This document shows, one piece after another, positions 35,589 to 44,297 of a stretch of 58,057 nt of DNA. Under the pieces are notes generated by a model. It had not been told where the DNA came from. It saw nothing but the letters and a program-made list of their open reading frames with translations, and ran no database searches. This DNA is from Propionibacteriales bacterium (GTDB lineage Bacteria; Actinomycetota; Actinomycetes; Propionibacteriales; Nocardioidaceae), in the NCBI GenBank assembly GCA_038214475.1, contig JBBQRV010000001.1, positions 1 to 58,057 of the forward strand. Direction: 5' to 3'. The translations under genes and the position numbers were made by a program. Positions within the stretch are counted from its first letter, which is position 1; every line of letters begins with the position of its first letter.

Positions 35589-36320
35589 GTGCCGGACACC
35601 GTCGACTGGATCCCCTGGCAGCGGGCTTTCGCTGACCAGCCCCCTCTGCCGAACCGGCTCGACGGGCTCCTGGACCGACTCCTGGGCGGGCACAACCGGC
35701 TCGTGGTCGCCTCGGCCCACCCCGACGACGAGACGCTCGGGGCCGGCCAGCTGATCGCCGCGGCGAGCCGGCCGGTCCGCGCCCTCACGCTCTCGGCGGG
35801 CGAGCACTGCGTCGACGACCCGCGTGTCGACCCGACCGACCTGGGCGTCATCCGGCTCGGCGAGTGGCGCGGGGCGCTGGGCGAGCTGGGGGCCACGCCG
35901 GTGGACTCGCCCCGGTGGCCGGACGGGCGGCTGTCGGAGCACGAGGACCGGCTCGCCGACACCCTGGCCGGCGAGCTCGACGCGGACACCGTCCTGCTCG
36001 CCACCTGGCGCCACGACCCCCACCCCGACCATGCCGCGGTCGGGCGGGCCGCGGCCGCCGCGGTCGCCCTGACGGGCGCGCGCCTGCTCGAGTACCCGGT
36101 CTGGGGGCCACTGTGGATGACCCCCGACGAGGTCGCGGAGACGGGGTGCCGGCTGGTGCGGGTCGAGCTCGACGAGCGGACCCGGGCCTGCCGGTTGCGC
36201 GCCAGCCGCCACTACGTCTCCCAGCTCGAGGGACTGTTCCCGGGCTGGGATGCCGTGGTGCCCGAGGAGCTGCTGCTGCGTCACGACCGACAGCTGCTCG
36301 CCGTGGAGGTGGACCGATGA
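35589..36320 (+). CDS. PIG-L/LmbE-family deacetylase
   Basis: SAHPDDETLGAG, WPDGRL, WRHDPHPDH, LEYPVW, SQL. Start codon uncertain (35514-35589). Confidence 0.9.
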   Translation: MPDTVDWIPWQRAFADQPPLPNRLDGLLDRLLGGHNRLVVASAHPDDETLGAGQLIAAASRPVRALTLSAGEHCVDDPRVDPTDLGVIRLGEWRGALGELGATPVDSPRWPDGRLSEHEDRLADTLAGELDADTVLLATWRHDPHPDHAAVGRAAAAAVALTGARLLEYPVWGPLWMTPDEVAETGCRLVRVELDERTRACRLRASRHYVSQLEGLFPGWDAVVPEELLLRHDRQLLAVEVDR

Positions 36321-36892
36321 CGAGGCGAGCCCAGGATTTCGACACGCTCTACCGCACCGACCCGGACCCGTTCGGCGTCGGAACCCGATGGTACGAGCAG
36401 CGCAAGCTGGCGATCGCCCTGGCCAGCCTGGCCGAGCCCCGCTACCCGCTGGCGTGGGACTGCGCCTCGGGCACCGGCCACCTGGCCGAGGCGCTGGGCG
36501 GGCGCTGCGACCGGGTGCTCGCGTCGGACGCCGCGCCCGAGGCGGTCCGGATCACCGCCGAGCGGACCTCGGCCCTCGACGCCGTACGGGTCGAGGTCTC
36601 CGCCCTGCCGGACCGGCCGGAGCAGGCCAGAGACGCCGGACTCACCGTGGTGTCGGAGGTGCTCTACTACCTCGACGACGACACCCGGCGCACCTGCCTG
36701 GCCATGCTGGCCGACCAGAGCGGCGAGCTGCTCTCGGTGCACTGGGCCCACCACCCGCACGACGCGCACCTCAGCGGTGTGGCCGTGACCGCGGAGCTCA
36801 GCTTCGCACTGCGCTCGCGGGGCTGGTCCAGCCTGGTCACCCACCGCGAGGATGACTTCGTGCTGGCGTCGTGGCGATCGGCCTCCCGGTGA
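36317..36892 (+). CDS. NodS-like SAM-dependent methyltransferase
   Basis: FDTLYRTDPDPF..RWYEQRK, DCASGTG, SEVLYYL; ATGA overlap. Confidence 0.88.
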   Translation: MTRRAQDFDTLYRTDPDPFGVGTRWYEQRKLAIALASLAEPRYPLAWDCASGTGHLAEALGGRCDRVLASDAAPEAVRITAERTSALDAVRVEVSALPDRPEQARDAGLTVVSEVLYYLDDDTRRTCLAMLADQSGELLSVHWAHHPHDAHLSGVAVTAELSFALRSRGWSSLVTHREDDFVLASWRSASR

Positions 36893-37860
36893 CGGCCGTC
36901 GACGCCTGGTGGCGAGCGCTGGACCTCCCCGAGCCTGTGCCCGTCGAGCGTGAGCCGCAACGCGCGGCGGTGCTGGCACTGGCCTCGAGGCACCCGTGGG
37001 CGCGCCTGGACTGGCCGGCGCTGGTCGAGGCGCTGCTGGCCCTGGGGCGCACCGACCTCCCCCTGGCCCGGCTCACGGAGGGTCACGTCGACGCGCTGCG
37101 CATCCTCGACCAGGCCGGGTGCTGCCCCGAGCCGGGCGCGGTCTACGGGGTGTGGGCCTCCCGCTCGCAGGCCACCGGGTTGACGGCCCGACGTACCGGG
37201 GACGGGTGGGTCGTCGACGGCACGCTGCGGTTCGCGTCCGGCGCCGGACTGCTCGATCGCGCGCTGGTCCCGGGCTGGCTGACGCCCGAGCACCACCAGC
37301 TCCTCGACGTGGACGTCTCGGAGTGGTCGGCCGACACGTCGGCCTGGCGCACCCGGGCCATGGAGCTGAGCCACTCGCACACCTACCGCCTCGAGGAGGC
37401 TGCCGTGCGGGCCGTCGCGGTGGGTCCGCCGGACTTCTACCTCACCCGCCCGCTGTTCTTCCCCGGCGGCGTCGGGGTCGCCGCGGTCTGGGCCGGCGGC
37501 GCGGCCCACCTGCTGGACCGGCTCGAGGAGGCGGTGCCCGCGCACCGACGTACCCCGGCGCAGCGGGCCCGGGTGGGGCAGGCACGCAGCGAGCTGGCCG
37601 CCGCCGTCGCGAGCTGCCGGCAGGCCGCGCTCGGCTTCGGCGACCCGACCGCGGTCGACGGTTTCCGCACCCAGGCCACGCTGTGCCGGTCGGCGGTCGG
37701 CGCCGGGGTACGGCGACTGCTGGAGCAGGTGCGCCTGGTGGCGGGGTCGGCGGCGCTGGCCCACGACGAGGCGCTCACCCGCGCCGTCGACGACCTGGCG
37801 CTCTACGTGGCCCAGCAGAGTCCCGACGCCGACACCGCGTTCCTGGGCGAGCAGCCATGA
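36889..37860 (+). CDS. Acyl-CoA-dehydrogenase-like flavoprotein
   Basis: LARLTEGHVDALRIL, YGVWAS, DGTLRFASGA, YLTRPLF, DLALYVAQ; GTGA overlap. Confidence 0.8.
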   Translation: MTAVDAWWRALDLPEPVPVEREPQRAAVLALASRHPWARLDWPALVEALLALGRTDLPLARLTEGHVDALRILDQAGCCPEPGAVYGVWASRSQATGLTARRTGDGWVVDGTLRFASGAGLLDRALVPGWLTPEHHQLLDVDVSEWSADTSAWRTRAMELSHSHTYRLEEAAVRAVAVGPPDFYLTRPLFFPGGVGVAAVWAGGAAHLLDRLEEAVPAHRRTPAQRARVGQARSELAAAVASCRQAALGFGDPTAVDGFRTQATLCRSAVGAGVRRLLEQVRLVAGSAALAHDEALTRAVDDLALYVAQQSPDADTAFLGEQP

Positions 37861-38636
37861 CCACGGTGGTGGTGACGGTGCCCGCCCACGACGAGGAGGA
37901 CGAGCTCCCCGACTGCCTGCGGCACGTGGCAGGTGCCGTGGCGCAGGCGCGCGCTGCGGGGGCGCTCAGCCGCGTCGTGGTCGCGGTCGGCGCGCACCGG
38001 TGTCGTGACGACACGCTGGGGCGGGCCCACCGGGTCCTGGCCGGGCTCCCCGACGTGGAGCCGCTGGTGGCGGCCGACCCGCACTCCGCCAGCGTGGGCC
38101 AGGTGCGCGCGGGCCTGGTGGCCGCGGTGTGCCGGCGTCACGCGGAGCTGGTGCCCCAGGCGCCCACGACCTGGTTGTTCCACACCGACGCCGACTCGCA
38201 CGTGCCGCCGGACTGGATCACCGGCACCCTTGCCCAGCTGCGTCGGCGCGACGCGGTGGCCGCCGCGGGCATGGTGGCGCTGCGCGCCTGGGACGCCCCC
38301 GAGGCCGCCCGTCGGCGCTACGCAGGGCTGGTCGCGGCCGGACTGGGTACCGGCGGCCGCGACGGGGAGGGACACGACCACGTGTACGGCGCCAACCTGG
38401 TGGTCCGGCTGGACGCCTACCTGGCCGTCGGCGGGTTCAGGGACGTGGTGCACGGCGAGGACCACGACCTGGTGGACCGGCTTCACGCCCGCGGACACCG
38501 GGTGCCCGGCCTGCTCACCCCGGTGGTGTCGACCTCGAGCCGCAGCCCCGGGCGTGCGGAGCACGGGCTGGGCGCGCTGCTGCGCGGCCTCGGCGAGGAG
38601 GCCCAGGAGGAGGCCGGCGACGTGCTCCGCGCCTGA
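37857..38636 (+). CDS. Glycosyltransferase family 2
   Basis: VTVPAHDEE, HTDADS, YGANL, AVGGF..GEDHDL, STSSR; ATGA overlap. Confidence 0.9.
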   Translation: MTTVVVTVPAHDEEDELPDCLRHVAGAVAQARAAGALSRVVVAVGAHRCRDDTLGRAHRVLAGLPDVEPLVAADPHSASVGQVRAGLVAAVCRRHAELVPQAPTTWLFHTDADSHVPPDWITGTLAQLRRRDAVAAAGMVALRAWDAPEAARRRYAGLVAAGLGTGGRDGEGHDHVYGANLVVRLDAYLAVGGFRDVVHGEDHDLVDRLHARGHRVPGLLTPVVSTSSRSPGRAEHGLGALLRGLGEEAQEEAGDVLRA

Positions 38637-38638
38637 GC
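38619..38638 (+). repeat. Right copy of 20-bp direct repeat
   Basis: GACGTGCTCCGCGCCTGAGC, 19/20 identical to 35476-35495. Confidence 0.75.
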
Positions 38639-39600
38639 TAGGAGTGGTTCTCCACCGTCTCGACGTCCTCGGCACTCTCGTCGAGGTCGGGGATCACGGC
38701 GTCGCCGAGCGCCGCGTCTGGCAGCGGGTCGACCGCGAAGCCGGAGGCCGAGCCGGAGAGGGTCGCCAGCATCTGGCGCACGTTGACCAGCTGGGCGTTG
38801 ATGCTGTCGCGGCGCTGGGTGGCCGCGGCGAGCTCACGCTCGGAGTCGGTGCGCATCCGCTCCGCGGTGGCCCGGGCCTCGCGGACCAGGGTGGCGGCCC
38901 GGTCCTCGGCGTCGCCTACGATCCGGCGGGCTTCGACCTCGGCGGCCTCCTGATCGCGCTGCGCCTGTGCCTTGACCTCGTCGAGCCGGGCCGCCATCGC
39001 GTCGAGCTGGGCCTGGGTGGCGGCCTGCTGCTCCTGGAACTCCGCCGCCGAACGGTCCCGGCGCTCAGCCAGGGTGGTCTCGAAGTCGGCGGCCGCCTGA
39101 GCGGCGTTGGCGCGCTGCTGCTCGTGGATCGCCTCCGCCTCCTGACGCCGCGCAGAGGCGTCGCGCTCGGCAGAGTCACGCTCCTCGTCGGCGGCGCGAC
39201 GGGCGTCGGAGAGGATCCGGGAGCCCTCGGTCTCGGCATCACGCCGGCGCAGCTCGGCGTACTGGTCCGCGGCCACCCGGACGTCGTTCGCGGCCTGCTC
39301 GGCGGCCTTGCGCTCGGCCTCGGACTCGGAACGGGCCTGGTCGCGCAACGAGGTGGCCTCCTCGTCGGCCAGCCCGAGGATCTGGGCCACCCGCTCCCCG
39401 AGATGCGCGAACGACGCGGGCTCGACGGGGGCGGCGGCCTCGACGGGCCGGGTCTCCGCGGCCTTCAGTCGAGTGGTGAGCTGCTGCGACCCGGCCTCCG
39501 CGACGGCGACCCGCGACTCCAGTTCAGCCATCACCCGGTCGACGTCCGAGGGGTCGTAGCCCCTCAGCACGACCCGGAACTGGTGCTCGGGCTGACTCAT
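38638..39600 (-). CDS. filP: FilP-like coiled-coil protein with DivIVA-like N-terminus
   Basis: FRVVLRGYDPSDVD, SFAHLGERVAQILGLADEEA, AAADFETTLA, RRDSINAQLVNVRQMLATL. Confidence 0.8.
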   Translation of the reverse strand: MSQPEHQFRVVLRGYDPSDVDRVMAELESRVAVAEAGSQQLTTRLKAAETRPVEAAAPVEPASFAHLGERVAQILGLADEEATSLRDQARSESEAERKAAEQAANDVRVAADQYAELRRRDAETEGSRILSDARRAADEERDSAERDASARRQEAEAIHEQQRANAAQAAADFETTLAERRDRSAAEFQEQQAATQAQLDAMAARLDEVKAQAQRDQEAAEVEARRIVGDAEDRAATLVREARATAERMRTDSERELAAATQRRDSINAQLVNVRQMLATLSGSASGFAVDPLPDAALGDAVIPDLDESAEDVETVENHS

Positions 39601-41021
39601 GACTGCTCCTGTTCGTCGGTGTCGGCGGGCCGGGCGTCGGGTACCGCCAGTGCTTCGATGACCCCGGAGAGCTGGCTCAGCTCCGCGGTGATGGTGTCGC
39701 GCCGGGACCGCAGTGCCGTGATCTCGGCCCGTGCGTCGTCGAGAAGGGTGCGCGCCTGGGTGCGCAGCGTGTCGGCCTCGGCCTGGGCCTCCGCGACCAG
39801 CCGGGCGGCCTCCTCGCGGCCGGAGCGGAGCTCCTCGGCGGCCTCGGCACGCAGCCGGACCACCTCGTCGGCGACCAGGGCACGCAGGTTCCGGGCAGAG
39901 GTCTCGGCCTCGGCGCTGCGCCGCTCGGCGCGCTCCATGTGCCGGGACGCCTGCCACTCCACCTCCTCGCGGACCTGGGTCGCCTCGGCCTCGGCAGCCG
40001 CCCGCCGGGTGCCCGCCTCGGCCTCGGCGTCGGCGACCACGGCCGCGGCGGCCTCGTTGAGCTCAGCGGCGCGGCGCTCGGTGTCGGAGAGCTGGGTGCG
40101 CAGCCGATCGGACATCTGGTGGGAGGCGGACTGGATCCGGCGTCGGGCCTCGCGGAGCTTGCGTCCTGCGTCGGCGTGGCCCTGGCCCCGGATCACCATG
40201 GCCTCGCTGGCAGCGGCCGCGAGCACCGACTCCACGGTCGACTTCGCCCAACGGGTCTGCTCGGCAGCCCGCTCGAGCTCCTGCTCGCTCTCGGCGCGGG
40301 CCTCGGCGAGCAGCCGGGCCGCCTCCTCCTGGACCTGCTCGTGGTGCGTGCGCGCCTCGTCGCGCAGCACGAACGTCTCCTTCTCGGCGTCACGGCGCAG
40401 CTCGGCCACGTCGTGCTCGGCGGCCTCACGCAGCGCCTCGGCCTCGGCGAGCGCCGACACCAGCTGCTCGTCGGCACGCGCGGTCGCACCGGCCAGCACG
40501 GCCTGGGCCTGCTGTGCGGCCTCACTGCGCTGGGTGGTGGCCTCTCGCTGGGCCGTGTCGACCAGTCCGGCCACCTCCAGCTGGGCGGCCCGGCGTACCT
40601 GCTCGGCCTCGGCCTCGCGGGCGGCGAGCTGCTGGCGGCCGGTCTCGTGCAGGGCGGCGATCTGGACCCGCGCGGCCTCCAGGAGCCGGTCGCGCTCGGA
40701 CTCGGCCGAGCGGAGCAGCAGGTTGACCTGCTCGCTGGCGTCGGAGGTGATCGCGCGCGACTCCTCGGACGCCTCGGCCAACGCCTGGGCGGCGTGCGCC
40801 CGCATCCGCTCCACCTCGGCGTGCGCCGCGGCCGCCTCGTCATGGTGGCGTCGGGTCTCCTGCTCGAGCCGCTGCACCTCGGCAGTGGCCCGGCTGGCCT
40901 CCTCGACCGCTTCGCGCTGGAGCTGGTCGGCGATCTCCTGCGCGCGCTGGAGCAGGGTCGCTGCGGGGTCGGGGCGCGCCGAGGCGTCGCTCCGGTCGCG
41001 CGTCGACGACTCGGTCTCCAT
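39597..41021 (-). CDS. Scy-like long Ala/Glu/Arg coiled-coil protein
   Basis: Continuous coiled coil; C-term RRDTITAELSQLSGVIEAL parallels the FilP/Scy end; ATGA-coupled to the filP-like gene. Confidence 0.72.
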   Translation of the reverse strand: METESSTRDRSDASARPDPAATLLQRAQEIADQLQREAVEEASRATAEVQRLEQETRRHHDEAAAAHAEVERMRAHAAQALAEASEESRAITSDASEQVNLLLRSAESERDRLLEAARVQIAALHETGRQQLAAREAEAEQVRRAAQLEVAGLVDTAQREATTQRSEAAQQAQAVLAGATARADEQLVSALAEAEALREAAEHDVAELRRDAEKETFVLRDEARTHHEQVQEEAARLLAEARAESEQELERAAEQTRWAKSTVESVLAAAASEAMVIRGQGHADAGRKLREARRRIQSASHQMSDRLRTQLSDTERRAAELNEAAAAVVADAEAEAGTRRAAAEAEATQVREEVEWQASRHMERAERRSAEAETSARNLRALVADEVVRLRAEAAEELRSGREEAARLVAEAQAEADTLRTQARTLLDDARAEITALRSRRDTITAELSQLSGVIEALAVPDARPADTDEQEQS

Positions 41022-41083
41022 GCCCGGATTGTCTCAGGTGACGGCCCAGCTCACCAAGGGTTCGGCACAATCTCTCTCTGCGG

Positions 41084-41878
41084 TCACATCCGCCCGACGC
41101 CGCGGGGGCGGGCCGCGTCGCCGGGAAACCCGAACTCGGTGTGCACGCCCGGGCTGAACGCGACGTGGTCCGGGGGCCGCTCGGACAGTCCGGGCAGTCC
41201 CACGGAGGCCATCAGGCCGTCGTCGAGCTCGAGCAGCTCCGCGTCGTGGAGCGGCCAGGGCGGGTGCTCGTTGGGGATGTAGAGGGTGCGCCCCAGCCAC
41301 CGGGTGTGCAGGCCCCAGCGTGCGGTGACGAACTCGTCGAGGGCGCCCGCCTGCCGCGGCGCGCCGACGCGTACGACGAACCGGCTGGTGACCGGGGTGC
41401 CGGGCCGGTGCGGCCGGCGCAACCGGGCGGCGTACACGTGCTCGTCTCCGTCACGCCCGGGCCGCCGGGAGTGGTGCATGGCCGCCCACCGGTAGGGCAC
41501 CGAGAAGCCCACCCGGGCACCCGCCACCACGGCCAGCCGGTCGGTGTCGAGGCTGAGGAAGACCACCCCACGGCGTCCGGTCGCGTCCACGGAGTAGAGC
41601 CGCACGTTGGTCTCGAGGAACGTGCCCCACCACGGGACGCCGCCGCCCCTGCCGGGGGCGGCGTCCACCATCCGGAAGCCGATCAGGCCGACGTAGGTGA
41701 CGCCGTCGAGGGTGTCGGGCCGCACGCCCGGGGGCATCAGGTGCGCCACTCGCTCCGGCGGCACCGCCCAGTGCAGGAAGGTGAGGTCGAGCCAGTCCTG
41801 GTTCATCAGCACCGGGCCGGTGAGCGCCGGGGCGTCCGGGCTCACCGGCTCGGCGAGGTCGAGCTGTTGCGGGGGCAC
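41084..41878 (-). CDS. YqjF/DUF2071-family protein
   Basis: MNQDWLDLTFLHW, FLETNVRLYS, GVVFLSLD, FVTARWGL, HPPWPL. Confidence 0.9.
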   Translation of the reverse strand: MPPQQLDLAEPVSPDAPALTGPVLMNQDWLDLTFLHWAVPPERVAHLMPPGVRPDTLDGVTYVGLIGFRMVDAAPGRGGGVPWWGTFLETNVRLYSVDATGRRGVVFLSLDTDRLAVVAGARVGFSVPYRWAAMHHSRRPGRDGDEHVYAARLRRPHRPGTPVTSRFVVRVGAPRQAGALDEFVTARWGLHTRWLGRTLYIPNEHPPWPLHDAELLELDDGLMASVGLPGLSERPPDHVAFSPGVHTEFGFPGDAARPRGVGRM

Positions 41879-41909
41879 GCCCCCAGCATCCCCTGCAGCC
41901 GAAACCGGC

Positions 41910-43307
41910 TCAGAACAGCAGCGCGCTGGCCGGGTCCTCGAGGATGCTCGCCACGTCGGCCAGGAACCGGGAGCCCAGCTGCCCGTCGACGTGGCGGTGG
42001 TCGAAGCTCAGCGCGAGCGTGGTGACCTGCCGGGCCACGATGTCGTCGCCGACCACCCACGGCTGCTTGCGGATCGCCCCGAAGCACATGATCGCCGACT
42101 CGCCCGGGTTGATGATCGGCGTCCCCGAGTCGACGCCGAAGACGCCGACGTTGGTGATCGTGAACGTGCCGCCGCTCATCTCCGCCGGCTGGGTCCTGCC
42201 GTCGCGTGCGGTCGCCGTGAGCTGGTTGAGCGCCCCGGCCAGCTCCAGCAGCGAGAGGTCCTGGGCTTCCTTGACGTTGGGCACCACCAGCCCGCGCGGG
42301 GTGGCTGCGGCGATGCCGAGGTTGACGTAGTGCTTGTAGACGACCTCCTGGGCGTCGCCGTCCCAGTACGAGTTGATCTCAGGGGTACGCCGCATCGCCA
42401 GCAGCACCGCCCGCGAGAGCACCAGCAGCGGGGAGACCTTGACGTCCTTGAACTCCCGGCGCTTCCTGAGCCGGTCGACGAACTCCATGGTGGCGGTGAC
42501 GTCGAGGGTCACCCACTCGGTGACGTGCGGCGCGGTGAAGGCCGAGTCGACCATGGCACCGGCCATCATCTTGCGTACGCCCTTGATCGGCTCCCGGGTC
42601 TCGCGGGCGCCGGCCGCCTGTGCGACCGGTCGGGCGGTCGTGGGCTGGGCCGCCGACTCCACGTCGGCGCGGGTCACCGTGCCACCCGGGCCACTGGGGG
42701 CGAGGGCGGTGAGGTCGATCCCGAGGTCCTTGGCCAGCTTGCGCACCGGCGGCTTGGCCAGCACCCGCACGGCACCGGCGTCGGTGCCTGCCGCGGCCTG
42801 CGAGGTGGCGGGCACGGACGGTTCGTCGACGCCGACCACCTCGGGCGACGGCCCCGCCTCGAACGCACCCTGGACCTGGGTGTGGGTGGCGCGGGCTGCT
42901 CCTGCGTCGATCGCGCCGCGACGGGCCCTGCGCACCGGGTTGCGCTCGGCCTTGTTGCGCCCGACCAGGCTCTCGCCCTCGCCGCCGCCCGAGGCGCTCG
43001 GGTTGGAGAGGTCGATCTCCATCTCCTCCTGCGCGGGCGGTGCGGCCGCCGGAGCAGGCGCCGGGACGGCCGACGGGTCGCCGACGCTGATGATCGGCGT
43101 GCCGACCTCGACGGTCTCGCCCTCGGGCACCATGAGGTCGAGCACGGTGCCGGCGTACGGCGACGGCAGCTCGACCAGCGACTTGGCGGTCTCGATCTCG
43201 ACGATGATGTCGTTGATCTCGATGACGTCGCCGACCTTGACCTTCCAGGCCACGATCTCGGCCTCGGTGAGGCCCTCGCCGACGTCGGGAAGCTTGAACT
43301 CAGACAT
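41910..43307 (-). CDS. Dihydrolipoamide acyltransferase (E2) of a 2-oxoacid dehydrogenase
   Basis: Lipoyl domain IETAKSLVELPSP; AKPPVRKLA E3-binding domain; SFDHRHVDG. Confidence 0.95.
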   Translation of the reverse strand: MSEFKLPDVGEGLTEAEIVAWKVKVGDVIEINDIIVEIETAKSLVELPSPYAGTVLDLMVPEGETVEVGTPIISVGDPSAVPAPAPAAAPPAQEEMEIDLSNPSASGGGEGESLVGRNKAERNPVRRARRGAIDAGAARATHTQVQGAFEAGPSPEVVGVDEPSVPATSQAAAGTDAGAVRVLAKPPVRKLAKDLGIDLTALAPSGPGGTVTRADVESAAQPTTARPVAQAAGARETREPIKGVRKMMAGAMVDSAFTAPHVTEWVTLDVTATMEFVDRLRKRREFKDVKVSPLLVLSRAVLLAMRRTPEINSYWDGDAQEVVYKHYVNLGIAAATPRGLVVPNVKEAQDLSLLELAGALNQLTATARDGRTQPAEMSGGTFTITNVGVFGVDSGTPIINPGESAIMCFGAIRKQPWVVGDDIVARQVTTLALSFDHRHVDGQLGSRFLADVASILEDPASALLF

Positions 43308-43316
43308 GTGTACTCC

Positions 43317-44297
43317 TCAGAAGCCCAGCGAACGGTCGACGGCGTCCAGCACCCGGTCCAGGTCGGGGAGGAAGTCCTCCTCGATCCGCGACGGCGGGTA
43401 GGGCGTGTCGAAGCCACCGACGCGCAGCACCGGGGCCTCCAGCGAGTAGAAGCACTGCTCGGTGATCCGCGCGGACACCTCCGCGCCCATCCCGAGGTTG
43501 ACGTGGGCCTCGTGGGTGACGATCGCGTGGCCGGTGCGGCGCACGGAGTCGTAGACGGGGCCCATGTCGAGCGGGCTGAGCGTGCGCAGGTCGATGACCT
43601 CGAGCGACCGGCCCTCGGTGGCGGCCGCCTCGGCCGCCTTGAGGGCGATCTTCACCATCGGCCCGTAGGCGAGCACCGTGGCGTCGGTGCCGGGGCGCAC
43701 CACGCGCGAGGTGAACAGCGGGTCGGGCGTGGCCGACTCGTCGAGCTCGGCCTTGTCGGCGTGGTACTGCCGCTTGGGCTCGAGGAAGATCACCGGGTCG
43801 TCGCTGGCGATGGCCTGCTGGATCATCCAGTAGCCGTCGACCGGGTTGGAGCAGGCGACCACCTTGAGCCCGGGGGTGTGCGCGAACTGCGCCTCGGGGC
43901 TCTCGGAGTGGTGCTCGACCGCGCCGATGCCGCCTCCGAACGGGATCCGGATCACGATCGGCATCTTCGACTTGCCCTGGCTGCGGAAGCGCATCTTCGC
44001 GACCTGGCACACGATCTGGTCGTAGGCGGGGTAGACGAACCCGTCGAACTGGATCTCCACGACCGGCCGGTAGCCGCGCAGCGCCAGGCCCACCGCGGTG
44101 CCGACGATGCCGGACTCGGCCAGGGGGGTGTCGATGACCCGGTCCTCACCGAAGTCCTTCTGCAGGCCGTCGGTGATCCGGAAGACGCCGCCGAGCTTGC
44201 CGATGTCCTCTCCCATGAGCAGAACCTTCGGGTCGTCCTCCATGGCCTTGCGCAGGCCCATGTTGAGCCCCTTGGCGAGGGTGATCTTCTGGCTCAT
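43317..44297 (-). CDS. pdhB: 2-oxoacid dehydrogenase E1 beta subunit
   Basis: GEDIGKLGGVFRITDGL, DTPLAESGI, EIQFDGF, EHHSESPE. Confidence 0.93.
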   Translation of the reverse strand: MSQKITLAKGLNMGLRKAMEDDPKVLLMGEDIGKLGGVFRITDGLQKDFGEDRVIDTPLAESGIVGTAVGLALRGYRPVVEIQFDGFVYPAYDQIVCQVAKMRFRSQGKSKMPIVIRIPFGGGIGAVEHHSESPEAQFAHTPGLKVVACSNPVDGYWMIQQAIASDDPVIFLEPKRQYHADKAELDESATPDPLFTSRVVRPGTDATVLAYGPMVKIALKAAEAAATEGRSLEVIDLRTLSPLDMGPVYDSVRRTGHAIVTHEAHVNLGMGAEVSARITEQCFYSLEAPVLRVGGFDTPYPPSRIEEDFLPDLDRVLDAVDRSLGF

